Notes: generated by a model from the letters alone, not told the origin. A DNA stretch of 64,000 nucleotides from Gekko japonicus (GCF_001447785.1 NW_015164693.1:103614-167613), one strand, 5' to 3'; shown: positions 48,441-61,354, counted from the first letter of the stretch. Numbers and translations are program-made.

Positions 48441-48950
48441 TAGGGCTGCCTGCCAACCTCCAGGTGGAGCCCAGAATTCTCCTTGCATTGCAAGTGTTCT
48501 CTAGGCTACAGTTCCCCTGGCCCTGGGGAAAATGGCCTTTTGGAGGAGCCCCACCTAGCTCTCTGCCCTCCCCAAACTCCGAGTCCACTCAAACTAGGCA
48601 GGCACTACCCTCAGATCCCCAGGAATTCTCACACTGGAAAACAATTAATAATAATCTCACGCTGCAGTTGCCATCACAAGCTATGACGTGATTGTGTTTC
48701 TTTTATGGATTTTCTGCGGGCCTTGAATTGTCAGCTCCAGGTCAGAAAATTCCTGGTGATTTGGGGTTGGCTGCCGGGCACCTGGCGAGAGAAGGGAACT
48801 CAGCGGGGATTTGATGCCATAGATTCTGCCCTCCAAAGCTGCCATTTCCTGCAGCGGAATTGTCGGTTCTCAATTGATTGTCATTGTCTGGAGAGCAGTT
48901 GTAACTCCCGGGAAAGTCCAGGCCCAATTGGGAGAGTGGCGATTTTGCAC
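48441..48950. mobile_element. Two decayed TAGGGTTGCC-family MITEs upstream of the GPATCH3 promoter
   Basis: Same internal motifs as the other copies, in opposite orientations. Confidence 0.6.
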
Positions 48951-48989
48951 AGAGGACTAATATGGCTATTTATAATTATTTTCTATGAC

Positions 48990-49200
48990 TAAGTAAGAGA
49001 CGTCGTTCTATCCCGTCGTCTCGTCGAACCCTGTTGTCCTTGCACCAACGTGACAAGCCTACACCTTTGCCCAGTGCCGTTCTCTGCTTCTTTCATCTCT
49101 ATGGTCAGAACGCACGTGACGCGTGAACCGATCTTCCCATTGACGCAAGTGCGCGCCGACGTCCGGCCTCTCACATGACCACAATTCTAGCAGTGACAAG
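48990..49200 (+). promoter_or_regulatory. GPATCH3 CpG-island promoter
   Basis: CpG-dense. CACGTGAC at 49113-49120, TGACG half-CREs, TCACATGAC at 49171, and a YY1 site CAAGATGGCGGC overlapping the start codon. Confidence 0.7.
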
Positions 49201-49534
49201 ATGGCGGCGCCTAGCTCTTGTTCTCTTTCCCTTCAGACCGGAGGCCGATATTGTCTGGTGAGCCGCATTCCGGCCCAACTTCGCTCCACCGATCTCCGCG
49301 CCTACTTCAGCCAGGCCGTCGAGGCCGGCGCCTTTTCCCGCTTCCATTACCGGCACCGGCCCGAGTGCGAAGGGCCAAGCCCGGGGCCAACCTGTTGTTG
49401 CCTGGTGGCGGTGCAGCCCGGTTGGGCCAGCCGTTTTGTCCGCATGTACTCGAGGAAGCGCTGGATCGACGCGCAGGGGGAAACGCTGCCCGGCCGCTGC
49501 CTCATTCGGAGAGTTCGAGTTTCCCTGGACGAAG
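49201..49534 (+). CDS. GPATCH3: GPATCH3 (G-patch domain-containing 3) exon 1 of 7
   Basis: Encodes MAAP...IPAQLRSTDLRAYFSQ...FHYRHRPE...TCCC...RMYSRKRWIDAQGETLPGRCLIRR, matching recalled GPATCH3. Donor AAG|GTATTA, phase 1. The seven exons sum to 1479 nt = 492 aa + stop. Confidence 0.95.
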
Positions 49535-49859
49535 GTATTAGTTGGGCGGATGGGGAGAAGAGAGCCCTCGGAAGAGTCTCGGTTTTCTTTCCGAGTCTGG
49601 GCCTTTGAAGGAGGGTTAGAAGAACTGACGATGGGGTAGCTACGGGTAAAAAACACCTGCCCGAATGCGAGCAAGTGCATATGCACGGTGGAATTCGCAT
49701 TTTGATTTTCTTGTGTGGACCAGACAGTTGTGTAATGTAACCATCATTCAATATCCGTATATTACATTATCATTTATTTGTGTGTGTGTATGTATAAAAA
49801 CCCAATGTCACAAGAGCTTACAAAGCTATTCATTTTATTTTCATAATTATGACCTTCTG

Positions 49860-50301
49860 AGGCCCCTGCCACACGGCAGGGGAAAAGCCCTTTAAAGCGC
49901 GGCTTTTAAAAGCCGCACCAACGTTGATACGGCTCGGCGGGATCCCACGATCCCCCGGCCGAGCCGCCTTTTCTCCCCGGCGCGATCAAACGCCGGAGAG
50001 AAAAGACAGCTCTAACCGGGAGCCGGCCGAACTGCGCATGCCTGAGCATGCGCAGTTCGTCTCCGGCCCGGGGTTGTGCTGGCGCAAAGACGCGCCGGCG
50101 ATCAGACGCCCGGGAAGAGGCGCCTCGTCCATTTGAACCACCGAGGTAGGTGGTTCAGTTTGAGGCGCTTTTTCCCGGGAAAGGGACAGTTTGGCCACGG
50201 AAGCAAGACGCTTCCCAGATGTTGTGGTGTGATCGCGCCGGTTTGATCCGGCCCCAAACTGTCCCGTTCCCGGGCCAAATCGCCTCGTGTGAACGGGGCC
50301 T
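49860..50301. mobile_element. CpG-rich PIF/Harbinger-like MITE in GPATCH3 intron 1
   Basis: Imperfect TIRs AGGCCCCTGCCACACG...CGTGTGAACGGGGCCT, inner inverted CCGGCGCGATC/GATCGCGCCGG, and a central perfect 14-bp hairpin at 50028-50059. Confidence 0.6.
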
Positions 50302-51267
50302 GTGATAGGTTTGTCTTATAGTGCCCCAAGATCAACCAGCATCACACACTTCTCTGTCAGAGAGGGAATCTGAACCTCTGTCTCCCAGATGTTGATGTGG
50401 CACTCTGCTCACTGTACTGAGCTGGCTCTTTGATACTACAGAATTCTTTTGTCAGAATCCAGGTGGTAATGATTACTGTAGTATAATGACAGGCTGTGTG
50501 CCAAGCGCATCATTTGTCTCCTTCATTGGATGCCCTGTGTGGGTGGATGATGACTGGCATGCTTCCTCTGTATGTGAGTAAGCTGACTCAAGTTTGAAGT
50601 ACATGTATCAGGGCTGGCATCAGCATATCCTGAAGCAGGGGCTGCCAAGGTTCAGGTCTTCTGGTGAGGCCTGCTACCACTATCCTCCACCTGTTCAACT
50701 CCCCTGCTGCCCATCTATTTGTTCTGAGCCCTCCCTCTACCTATAGTCTAGCTGGTCAGGAAAGGGTGAGTAAGCATTTGGAGGACTAGAAACTGAGCAA
50801 GAGGGTGGGGAAAGGATAGTTAGGTAGTGGGGGAGGAGAATAGTGGGGAGGTGTGAGTGGCGGGGGCACAATGGCAGCAGAGGGAAAGGGGCCCCCAGGA
50901 ACACTCTGCCCAGGGCCCACTGAAACTGGCTGTGGCATGTATACTTGGGCAAAGGCTATCATCCCTGTTTTAGTTATCTGTCACAGACCTGAAAATTTAT
51001 ATTGAAGCTTTGAGAATGGAGGAGTGTTCCTGAATCTTTCTGGGCCCTCTCAGTGACTTTCAATAGACCTGGATTCAGTTCTTCACTCAACTATGCAGCC
51101 CATTGCGTGAATTTGGGCCAGTCATACAGAAGCTGTTTATGGTTGTGTTGGTCCAAAAGAAAAATCCAAAAAACAATGAAAACTATCCATGTAACATCTT
51201 TTATTAGGACTAATCTAATGACACAAAACAATGGGTAATCTTTACCTGGTCTGTATCCTGGTTTTAA

Positions 51268-51830
51268 GATTATTTATTTATTAATTTATCAGATTTATAT
51301 CCCACCCTCCCCAAATGGGCTCAGGGCGGCTAACAACAGAGGCAAATGCCATAACAAACAATTAAAACAGCATAAAACAATCAATAAATAAAGTGCGGTG
51401 CTCTTGATGTTAAATCTTATTACTCCAAGATGGTTTCCATTTATCAACCTAGCCTGACAACATAGGTTCTTCGGTCACTAGGCATTTTCCCAGGGCCGGC
51501 TCACTTATAGGTCTAATCCACCATCGAAGATGACAACTCGGTGGTGGCACAATGACGGCGGTGGCTCCTATGCAAAGGCCTGGCGGAAGAGCTCCGTCTT
51601 ACAGGCCCTGCGGAATTGTGCCAAGTCCCGCAGGGCCTGGATCTTCTCTGGGAGCTCGTTCCACCAGACAGGAGCCGCTGCCGAGAAAGCCCTGACCCTG
51701 GTTGCAGCCAACGATGTCCTTGGGGCCTGGAACCACCAATAGGTGCTGCGCCCCCGACCGTAGTGCTCTTAGGGGAACATATGGGGAAAGGCGGTTCCTT
51801 AGGTACACTGGACCCTGGCCATCAGGATCA
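51268..51830 (-). mobile_element. L2 LINE 3' end, apparently splitting a Penelope-like relic
   Basis: The minus strand encodes PVYLRNRLSPYVPLRALRS..HLLVVP, then a 3'UTR and (AAAT)n tail near 51270. Confidence 0.8.
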
Positions 51831-52248
51831 CAGTGACTTGAGAAACCTGATGGCCCCCCCCCTTTTAGTTTGTAATGTCTGACCAAAATGAAAGGCTATG
51901 GGGAATTTGAAAGTTGCACACACGCTATGTATTGTCATGTCTGCCATAATAAAAAGTGAACTGTATTCCAGTCAGATTAACTTTCCTCACAGGGCTAGGA
52001 GGGTAAAATGGAAGAGAGGCAAACTGCATGTTGTCCACATAGAAGAACTGCCTTGTAAAACATAAAACTCTGCTTAGTCATATTATGAAAGCTGTCTAGG
52101 GATGTTTGAACTGGAAATGTGTGGAAGCACTTCTCTGATGTGTGAAATTACTAAACCATGGCTTAGAAGTTTTTTTGGAAAGTTATGTCTTTTATTTTGT
52201 CACCCTGTTTTCTTTGTCATCCAGTTGTATATTTTCTCATTCTCATAG

Positions 52249-52691
52249 ATGTCAGCTCATTTCCATATAAAACCCAAAAGGAGCTCCACAAGAAAGTCTC
52301 AAGTGAAATTTTTACTGAGGATGATTTACAGCAGCTGCCTGAGTTGAACCCTCCTGTGTTTATGCCAAATGGGAATGTGGGTACCCCTTTGAGAGTCTTC
52401 TTGGAACTTATCAATGCCTGTCGCATGCCTGCCCGTGCCATCAGGAAACTGCAGTTGCAGTTCCCTAAAACTGCCTCCTCTCGCAGATATGGAAATGTGC
52501 CATTTACGTATGAAGAAACCGAAACTGTTGCCGAGGAGGAATGGGTTTACACAGCTACTGGAGAAGAGATAGCAGAAGGGGAGCCCCTGCTACAAGTAGG
52601 AAGTGCTACTGTAAAAGATGACAAGGAAGACAGAGATTGGGAAGATCTGGAGAATGAAGCAGCAGCAGAAGACAACTGTCATTTGGATGAA
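52249..52691 (+). CDS. GPATCH3: GPATCH3 exon 2
   Basis: Acceptor tctcattctcatag|. Encodes FPYKTQKEL...LPELNPPVFMPNGNVGTPLRVFLELINACR...QFPKTASSRRYGNVPF. Donor GAA|GTAAGT. Confidence 0.95.
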
Positions 52692-53858
52692 GTAAGTAGT
52701 TTTTTCTTCCGGAGGTGAAGTCAATATTACTCATTTTTAGAGACGGTATTTTATTGCATTTAAGGAGGGGAAAGTGTTTGCAAGTCCCTGTTTGTCCTCT
52801 GGCATGCTGCCTATACATGAGCACATGAAGCTGCCTTCTCCTCAGTCAGATCCTTGGTCTATCAGTATTGCTTACTTTGACTACAAACAGCTTTCCAGGG
52901 ATCTCATGCAGAGGTCTTTCATATCATGTGGTTCTTTTTAGCCTTTTGGGGATTGAACCTGGGATCTTCTGCATGCAAAACAGATCTTGTAACACAGATC
53001 TTGTAATAGCCACCTCCCCACCTGTACCATATAAATATGCACATGTGTGTATGTGAAGCTGCCTTATAACAAGTTGGACCATTGGTTGTTTAACGTCAGT
53101 ATTTTCTACTCTGGCTGACAGCAGCTCAGGTAGAGGTCTTTCCTGTCACCTGATCCTTTCAACTAGCAATGTTGGACTTGAACCTGGGACTTTCTGCATG
53201 CAAAGCAGATGGTCATTCACTGAGCAGTGGTCCCACCTTCACACAATTCTGAAATCTGCTTTAATCCCCCAGCTTCATTCTCCCATCCCTGCTGGCTAAA
53301 TGGCTTCTGAAGTCCACCACCAGCTTTTCACACTGCCTTTCAGATGACCGACTAGAGGATACCTGTCAGTCTATCAAGGCAACTTCCTAACCCCCATCCC
53401 CCACTTCATCCAAGGCGCATACGTGGTTCTTCCCCTTCATTTTCAACAACCCTGTGAGGATGAAATAGTGTGGCTTTGACATCTGGAATAGGTCTTAGAA
53501 TATAATGCCTGAACCAGGAGAATACTTAAAGGGCTTTGTTTTCTTTTGAGCACAGGATCTTCCTCACCCTGTTTGAAACCAATGTTTGGGTCTCATGATA
53601 AAGGAAATCCAGTTGGCAATACCCTATATGCTGTGAAAGGGTGAGGGTGGGATAAGTAGTTAGCAAAATTAAGACCTGCACCTGAGCTTCCTGTGTGCAG
53701 ATATTTGGTGGTGTGGGGAGGTGGACAGTTTGCCGTGAGCTGGTTCCAGTGGTTTTTCCAGAGCTCAGAACAATCAGAATGGAATTAGGGAATGAAGGGG
53801 ATTGGGACAAACCTTTCTGTCATTCATCTCTTTCTATCCCCTCCCCGCAATCCCGCAG

Positions 53859-54036
53859 GACAGTGATAGATGTGAAGAGTGGGAGCGGCACGAGGCTTTG
53901 CATGAAGACATCACCAGCCAGGAACGCACAAAGGAACGTCTGTATGAGGAGGAGATCGAGCTGAAGTGGGAGAAAGGAGGCTCTGGGCTGGTCTTCTACA
54001 CAGATGCACAATATTGGCAAGAAGAAGAGGAAGGAG
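53859..54036 (+). CDS. GPATCH3: GPATCH3 exon 3
   Basis: Acceptor tcccgcag|. Encodes DSDRCEEWERHEALHEDITSQERTKERLYEEEIELKWEKGGSGLVFYTDAQYWQEEEEG. Donor G|GTGTGA, phase 1. Confidence 0.94.
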
Positions 54037-55464
54037 GTGTGACGCTGCCTGAGACATTCTGGCTTGGCTTCTGCCGCAGTGATCCTGTTTTACCTTTGCC
54101 CTGTCTCTGTGGAGCCTCACCCAGCTTGAAGGGGAACCTCATTAATGACATGTGCAAAAATACTAAAATAGGTCCATACTGTTAGAGCCTGTCTCCTGCC
54201 CGTTCCCTTTTTGCCATCTTTTTTAGAGCTTGGCTACTTTTCAATGCACTCCTCCCCTGCTCCCTTCCATAGGTCACTTTCTGTGCATTTTCTGCAGCAT
54301 CCAGCCTGCTGTCATTCTTTTGCCCCTGGTGCCATTAAGATTTTCAAGATGGCATTGACAAGGGGAAGCTCTTTGCCTTGTTTACTTTATGTATTAGATT
54401 TTTCTACCAATTTTCCAAGAAGCTCAGGGCAACATGCATAACTCCACCCATAGTTTTTTCCTGGTGACAGCCCTGTGAGGCTAAGCAAAGTGAGTAAGTG
54501 GCTAAGTGACTATCATAGCAGAGGAGGAGGATTTGAATCCAAGGCTTCCTGGTCATAGTTCAGCATACTAACCATTGCACTGCCTCTTTCTGTTTACTGC
54601 TGCAGCAAAACCTGCAAGGGGTTACCAAAGGCAGGCACCTGCAGTTTCAGAGCAGTAAAGCAAGGTCTTGTCTCTGCTTGGCCCATTGCCTGTATAGGCA
54701 GACTTTTTGTACCCAACATAGTTGAAGGAATATGTATTTACACAAGGACACTGCTGAAGATTGTCACCAAATGGGGTAGAAATAAGGAGCCATAGAGGTC
54801 TACGGGCTTATGTGTGGTGCAGAGAAAGTGGTTTAAATGGTTTTTTGTCCCTCTCCCATAATGCTAGAACTTGGAGGGGAGGGGGTAACCCTGTGAAACC
54901 AATTGGCAGTAGATTCAAGGAAGTACTGCTTCAAACAACAAGTGGTTGGCTTGTGTAACTCACTGCTGCAAGATGTAGTGCGGAACACTGGTTTAGATTA
55001 TTTAAAAGTTGGCTGTGCAGATCTGTCCAGGTCTGTCATTGGCTGTTAGGCACCATATCCAGAAGCAGAGTGTTTCCCCTTGTCAGATGCTGCGGTGGAA
55101 CAACAGAGGAGGGCTGTTGCCAGAGGTCCCTTCTTTTGGGCTACCCTGTGGCATCTGATTGGCTGCAAACAGTGGGGATTCGAACCTGGGTCTCCAAGAT
55201 CCTATCCCAATACTCAAAACAGCTACAGCACACTGACTTAGTGTTACACCACCTAGCATCAGCCTCAACTGCGTAATGCTATATTTCCATCCATAAGGAT
55301 TAACGTTTTTTATGAAGCTGAGTTTTGGGGGTGGGGGGTGGTGAATTCTGTAGTCAGCGTTCAGAATTCACACAGCTTTGGGTGTGCAAGGGCTTGACTC
55401 AACCTTGATGTAAAGCCAAGTCTGGTGAACTGAAATGTACCTTTTTGGGCCTCTCTTTGGGCAG

Positions 55465-55524
55465 ATTTTGATGAGCAGACGGCAGACGACTGGGATGTGG
55501 ATATGAGCGTCTACTATGACAAAG
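55465..55524 (+). CDS. GPATCH3: GPATCH3 exon 4
   Basis: Acceptor ctctttgggcag|. Encodes (D)FDEQTADDWDVDMSVYYDK. Donor AAG|GTATTT. Confidence 0.96.
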
Positions 55525-56230
55525 GTATTTGAACCATCAGTTTATTACAGCAGGAGTGAGAAGAGATGTTAGACCAGTGGCTATCTGATTGACAAGCTTC
55601 AGCCGAGAGCTTGGCTTGCCCTCCTGGCAGGGTTACAGCTCTTAACGTCTTGGCTTCCAGTGGCCTTCCAGGCACTGTTCAAGGTGTCATATTTATTAGT
55701 ATGGGATTTTTAATCACCCTGCTTTTGATTATGGCTAGTTTACCAAACTCTGGTATTTGGTATGCATTTATTTACAACTTTTGTAGTCCACCTTTCTCCA
55801 AAGAGTATCAAGGTGGATTAAAATATATTAAATAAGAATAAAACCAGTATATAATAATATGGAAACTGACAAAAAAGGACCCCCTAAGAGTTATGTCCTT
55901 ATATATTTTGTTGATGGAGACGAGGGGGCTTTCTTAAATTCCTCTGCTAAGTTCTTCCACTGGAGCTCTCAAACTCTGAATCTGTACTGGCTTCCCACAC
56001 TTGAAAAAGCTAAGGGCAGAACAATTCCCTGTAGGCTTCCCTCTTTCTAGCTTGTCGTAAAACCAGTCTCGGCATAGACTGTTGGAGATCTTTTATGGAC
56101 AGTTGTTAAGGATTGAATCTGGGGCTTTCAGCACATGTGCTCTTCTCCCAGCTATGGGCTCTCCCCTTTCTATCTTGATGGCATTTGTGGCTTGTGGTAC
56201 AAAATGATGTCGAATTTCCCTTCCTTCCAG

Positions 56231-56352
56231 ATGGGGGTGACAAGGATGCTCGGGATTTGGTCAAGATGCGGTTTGAACAGAGGCTCCGGGATGGTCTGGA
56301 AGATGGGTCTGTTTTGGGACAACAAATTGGAACCTTTGAAAAATATACCAAG
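56231..56352 (+). CDS. GPATCH3: GPATCH3 exon 5
   Basis: Acceptor ccttccttccag|. Encodes (D)GGDKDARDLVKMRFEQRLRDGLEDGSVLGQQIGTFEKYTK. Donor AAG|GTAGGA. Confidence 0.96.
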
Positions 56353-56653
56353 GTAGGAACAGCGATTGGGGTGTGTTTTGATTTTACTAGCAGAAGAAAA
56401 CCTAGCAGATTTTGAAGAACATTTTAAAAAATTAAAATGTTAAAAGGGCACAGTTAAAAAGGACATGGTGTTCTGGTTTGAATACATGCTTGTTATATAA
56501 AGGGGAGGTCAGCATCCTGTTCTATCCCAGAAGAATTAACATTGCAACCCGTCTTCATCTGGCTGCCACCCTTTTAAGCCTCTTTGGTGAAGAACTTGGT
56601 TCATGTTCAGTCAATAATTGGCTTACTTAGAGATGTTTCCCCACCACCACCAG

Positions 56654-56781
56654 GGTATTGGCAGAAAAGTGCTGGAGAGGCAGGGCTGGACTGAGGGTCT
56701 CGGCTTGGGCAGCAGCAATTCAGGGATGACCGAAGCACTCGACAACGAGGGCCAGAATCCCAAATGCAAGAGAGGCTTGGG
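56654..56781 (+). CDS. GPATCH3: GPATCH3 exon 6 (G-patch core)
   Basis: Encodes the G-patch motif GIGRKVLERQGWTEGLGLGSSNSGMTEALDNEGQNPKCKRGL(G). Donor GG|GTAAGT, phase 2. Confidence 0.96.
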
Positions 56782-57047
56782 GTAAGTACCGCTGGATCCT
56801 GTCTTTCTCTGAGGTACAACATGAGAATAAAGGTCGAGCCAGCTTGCCGTAGGGGCTAGAGTGTCTGGGAGACCTGGGTTCATATCCCTGGTCTGCCAAG
56901 GAAGCTCACTGTGTGACTCACTCTCAGCCTGTGCTACCTCACAGGGGGGTAGTTGTGATGATAAAATTGAGGAGAACAATGGTGTAAGATGCTTTGGGCT
57001 CTCCATTGGAAAGAAAAGTGGGGTATAAGTATCTCAAATGCTCACAG

Positions 57048-57210
57048 CTAGATTCGAGTCCAGTAGCACCTTAGAAACCAACATTTGGGGGGATGTAAGT
57101 TTTTGAGCATCAAAACTCCATCACGTAACAAAATCTTGTTGGTCTCCCAGGTTCTACTGGACTCAATTCTAGCTCTTCTACTGCAGACCAACGTGGATGT
57201 CCTGAAACAA
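57048..57210. mobile_element. Short palindromic Penelope-like relic
   Basis: Inverted arms GAGTCCAGTAGCACCTTAGAAACCAACA / TGTTGGTCTCCCAGGTTCTACTGGACTC, then CTGCAGACCAAC. The hammerhead core is deleted. Confidence 0.6.
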
Positions 57211-57892
57211 AAATTTTCAAATTTCCCTAGTTAAAGAAAATGTGGGGAGAGTCTTGTAAAATTCAGTTGTAATTTTCACAAGTAGGGCTCCCAATGATGT
57301 GTATTGCTTATGTTTCAGCACTGGCATAAGCCACATGTTGTTAATGTTAAGGGCTGCCAGTTGCCTAAACATATGTGACCCATATTGAGTTACTGAGAAC
57401 TTCATCCTAGCTGCCCTGAAGCCTTCAACTTGACATTCAGCATAAACTGGGTGAATCAGTGTGCAAATAGATTAATTGGACTGTTTTCATCTGCCTCTGT
57501 CAACTGAGTCTTTGCAGAATTTGACAAAGTTTGATGTGATGAGTGGGCAAGAAGATCAAGGGCAAGGTGCTGGGCATATGGATAACTAAAAGAGCCAGAT
57601 CAAACACCCAGGGAGCCCGGGAGCCACCTGGGGCCTAAAGCTTCCTCTCTTCTGCTACACCCCAAAGAACCCCCACTCAGGCCATTGGTAGACAGTGCTT
57701 CTGTGCTGTCAGATTGCTGTCTGGAGCCCCAGGGACTGAATATTCAAAACTAGTTTCTGAGTCAGGAATGTAGAATTGTTCCTTTCACTATGACATTTGG
57801 TTAAGGAGCGAAATGTCATTGAGACAAACAGCCTTGAAGTGATGCCACTCCGTGTTTGAAGACTTTGTTCTCCTTCATTCAATTTCCTTTAG

Positions 57893-58106
57893 GTACCACG
57901 GTGAGAAGCTCCAGACTTACATCAAGCCCAAGAGACCTTGCAGGGACAACCACATTCTCATCTCCACCATTTATGATGACCCCCATCCTGTGGACGCAGG
58001 GGAGCAGCTGCTCCGGCGCCCGCTGACAATCAGCATGAAGTATCGGCAAGACGTGCCGTTTGTCCATGCTGCTCACAGTGTGCATCACAGCTCCAGTTCC
58101 TCATGA
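57893..58106 (+). CDS. GPATCH3: GPATCH3 exon 7 (terminal)
   Basis: Acceptor tttcctttag|G. Encodes YHGEKLQ...LISTIYDDP...LLRR...SMKYR...SSSS then TGA. ATTAAA at 58180-58185 is a likely poly(A) signal. Confidence 0.95.
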
Positions 58107-60544
58107 GATGCACAGTGGCCTGTCAGCAAAGACTGGTGTTTTGGGAACTTTGTGTCTTTTTCTTTTCAATTAAGTTTATATTAAAGAAAACAATACACAT
58201 AGTCTTGTAGAATCCTGTAAATTAGTGGGCCAGTGCTCATTAAAAAAATCCAATTTTAACACATGTTTCACATGATCCTTCTTTCATTCTTTTCTAATAA
58301 GTCCTTTTTGATAAGAGTGGCAAGTTCCAAATTCATGGCACTAAGGTTGGATTCTTTGATTTCCAAAGCCTTGTTAGACATATTTGTGCTGCAGTCATTG
58401 AAGATGTAAATGGTTCTCTTCTTAAACAATTCTGACAGGAGCCCCTTGAGTTCCAAGATTGTTCATACACAAGGCCCTTTTTATTATGGTTTATGGTCCC
58501 CCCAAATCTGAGCAAAATGTTACTGTGTTGGGGTTTGCTTTGAAGGCTAGGCATACAGATGTGTGTTTATGGATCACCACAGCCTCTGTAGGTTTTACAG
58601 ATTCTGCCCTGTAGCAGTTCAACATTAAATCTAAACTTATCTTTACCAAAGGAATATCCTCTGTAATCCTTGCAATTTGCAAAGGCCCTCTTGTTTTCAG
58701 CATGAAATAGATGGGATAATATGTGAAAATGTTGTGTTACAGAAGGAAGGGGGGTGATAGTGTCTTTCCTTGCTGGCAAACTCCCTTAGACCAAGGGTTC
58801 CCTAGAAAGCATGCTGGTAACCAGCCACCACCAGTCATGGACTTCATGACATCTAAACTGACCTGCTGAGAAGGTATTCTCCTAGCGCTGTCCTAGAGAA
58901 ACAACAAATTGACAGGGTAGAAACACTAGAAAATACCTTATAACTAACTATGTAGCACCTCTGCGATCTAGCATGTGAGAAGAGATTAGGAGAAATATCC
59001 CTGAGAAGTAAATTGCACTAAGCAAAACCAAAAAATTTCTTTATAAAAATGTCTATTAGAAAAGAGAGAGAAAAAGGGCAATTGGATTCACAAGAATGGT
59101 GGGGAAAGGACAGAACAAAAATACAGGGAAGGCACACAGCACAAATATTTTCAAATAAAAGGCAATAAAGTTGGACAAACTCCGCTAAGTACACATTACC
59201 TAGGCTACAGAGGGTTTGTCAAAGCATGTGCAGAGTTCCTTGCAGTAACAAGATGCTGGAGGAGTCCTCAGCCCCTACCCACTCTCCTGTGGAGCCCAGT
59301 TTCCACTGAAGACAAGGGAAAGGTCCAGATATTTATGGTCAATGCAATGGGATCTAAGCCAGCTTCTATGAATGGTTAGCTGATTTAGCAAATCTCATGC
59401 AAAACCCCATCTCTGATGTCAGAGGCTACTGCTACCAATCAGAGACTTATAAAATATAGTCCCACCTCCATCAAGCATCTGGTAATGGCTCTGAACGTTC
59501 ATGAGAAATAGGTGGTCTGACCCAAACCAGACTGTTCTTTGTCCAAATGGGCTTAACTCTGACAGAGTCAGCATGCGAGATTTGTAGTTGATTGTGAATC
59601 TGAGAACAAGTCTACCTGGTGAAGATCCTGTGCTGTCCACTAATACTGGCTCCTTGAGCTGCTGGTAGAATACTCTACTTAAAAGAGTTGTGCCATCAGC
59701 CTAAATTCTTTGGTATCATGTGCTCTCTTCTCTCTTGAAACTGATTGAAGGAATTGCCCAGAATCCTGAAGCCACCATCTGCAGTCTTCCAGCTGCCTGT
59801 CCAAAAAGGATGATGTTATTTGCACAGCTTCAGGACATTTTAAAAGCTCTTCTATGAAACACTGAGGACTAGAAACATGGATTTAAAAGAGTTGTTATAT
59901 CTAGTAGTACAGCACTCTATGAGCAGCTGGGAGTAACAATTCTAGAAGCCTCTGGAAAGGTCGTTTCTGATTTCAGATGCCCCAAGTCTGCACCTCCTTC
60001 CATTGAGTACAGAGGCTGCCATCAGACACCAGTTTTAGCAATTATTAAATGTGAATGTGCCTGAATCCAGCTTACTTCTAGGCTTGTTGCTCCTCCTTGT
60101 GGAGAGCATGGTAAAGGAATTCTAGCGTATGAGTATCCCATGTTGTATGAATGCAGGCTTAAGCAAGGTTCTCCACGATTTCTAAACCAGATTTAATCCA
60201 TGTTTGCCAAATTTATGCACTAAGTTGAAACCATTTTTAAAACCTGGATATTATCTTAATCATTTGTCGGATTCTAGGTCTAATACTTACTAAATACTTA
60301 AATGCTAGTGGAAATTTCAGTTTCATGCTTAATGTTGGCTTGGTGTGCTGTACTGTCTAATGTGACCAGCATCTCTTAATACTTTCAAAGGCTTGTTTAC
60401 ATTATTATTCCCACAGTTCTTGGCCCCCCAGCTGTTTTTCCACTTTGATTACGTAAATAGTTCTTTGAATTTTTTTAAAAAACAATTCATTTAAAGTATT
60501 TGTAGTACCCAGGTTTTTATTCAAAGTTCCTTTACAAAATAACA

Positions 60545-60900
60545 TGTATGGGGTGTGAAAGACAGGGAGAAAGTTAATTCATTTGAATTGTGTGTTGGAG
60601 GAGGGTTTTACGGATACCGTGGACTGACAAAAAGACAAATGAGTGGGTTCTAGATCAAATCAAGCCTGACCTCTCCCTAGATGCTAAAATGAGTAAACTG
60701 AGGCTATCGTACTTCAATCCCATTATCAGAAGACGAGTCACTGGAAAAGAAAATAAGGCTAAGAAATTTGAGGGCAGCAGGAAAAGAGTCAGACCCAACA
60801 TGAGATGGATTGACTCAGGTAAGGAAGCCACGGTCCTCAGTTTGCAAGACCTGAGCAAGGCTGTTAACGATAGGACATTTTGGAGGACATTAATTTATAA
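60545..60900 (+). mobile_element. RTE-BovB LINE 3' fragment
   Basis: FELCWRRVLRIPWT.KKTNEWVL.QIKP..SL.AKM.KLRLSYF...GSRKRVRPNMRWID. The tail (CTTGACGGCACTTAA(CA)n) resumes at 61233 after a SINE insertion. Confidence 0.88.
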
Positions 60901-61232
60901 AAGGGAAAGGTTTCCCTTGCTCGAAAGCTAGTCAAATCCGACTCTAGGGGGTGGTGTTCATCTCCATTTCCAAGCCGGAGATCCAGCGCTGTCTGAAAGC
61001 TTCTCCGTGGTCATGTGGCCAGCATGACGAAACACCGAGACACACAGAATGCTGTTACCTTCCCACCAAAGCGGTACCTATTTATCTACTTGCAATTTCT
61101 TGCTTTTGAACTGCTAGTTTGGCAGGAGCTGGGGCCAGAGATGGGAGCTCATTCAGTCATGTGGTACTAGGGTCTCAAACTGCCAAACTACAGAACTTCC
61201 AGTCTGCAGCTCAGCGTCTTAACCTCTGAGCC
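60901..61232 (-). mobile_element. Sauria SINE inserted in the BovB tail
   Basis: Highly similar to 40424-40768. Confidence 0.85.
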
Positions 61233-61354
61233 CTTGACGGCACTTAACACACACACACACATACACATAGTACTAACACAGACTAAACATTTCAGATGCA
61301 CTCTTAAAACATCCTGGATGTGGACACTTAAAAGAACATAATGTATAGAGTGGC

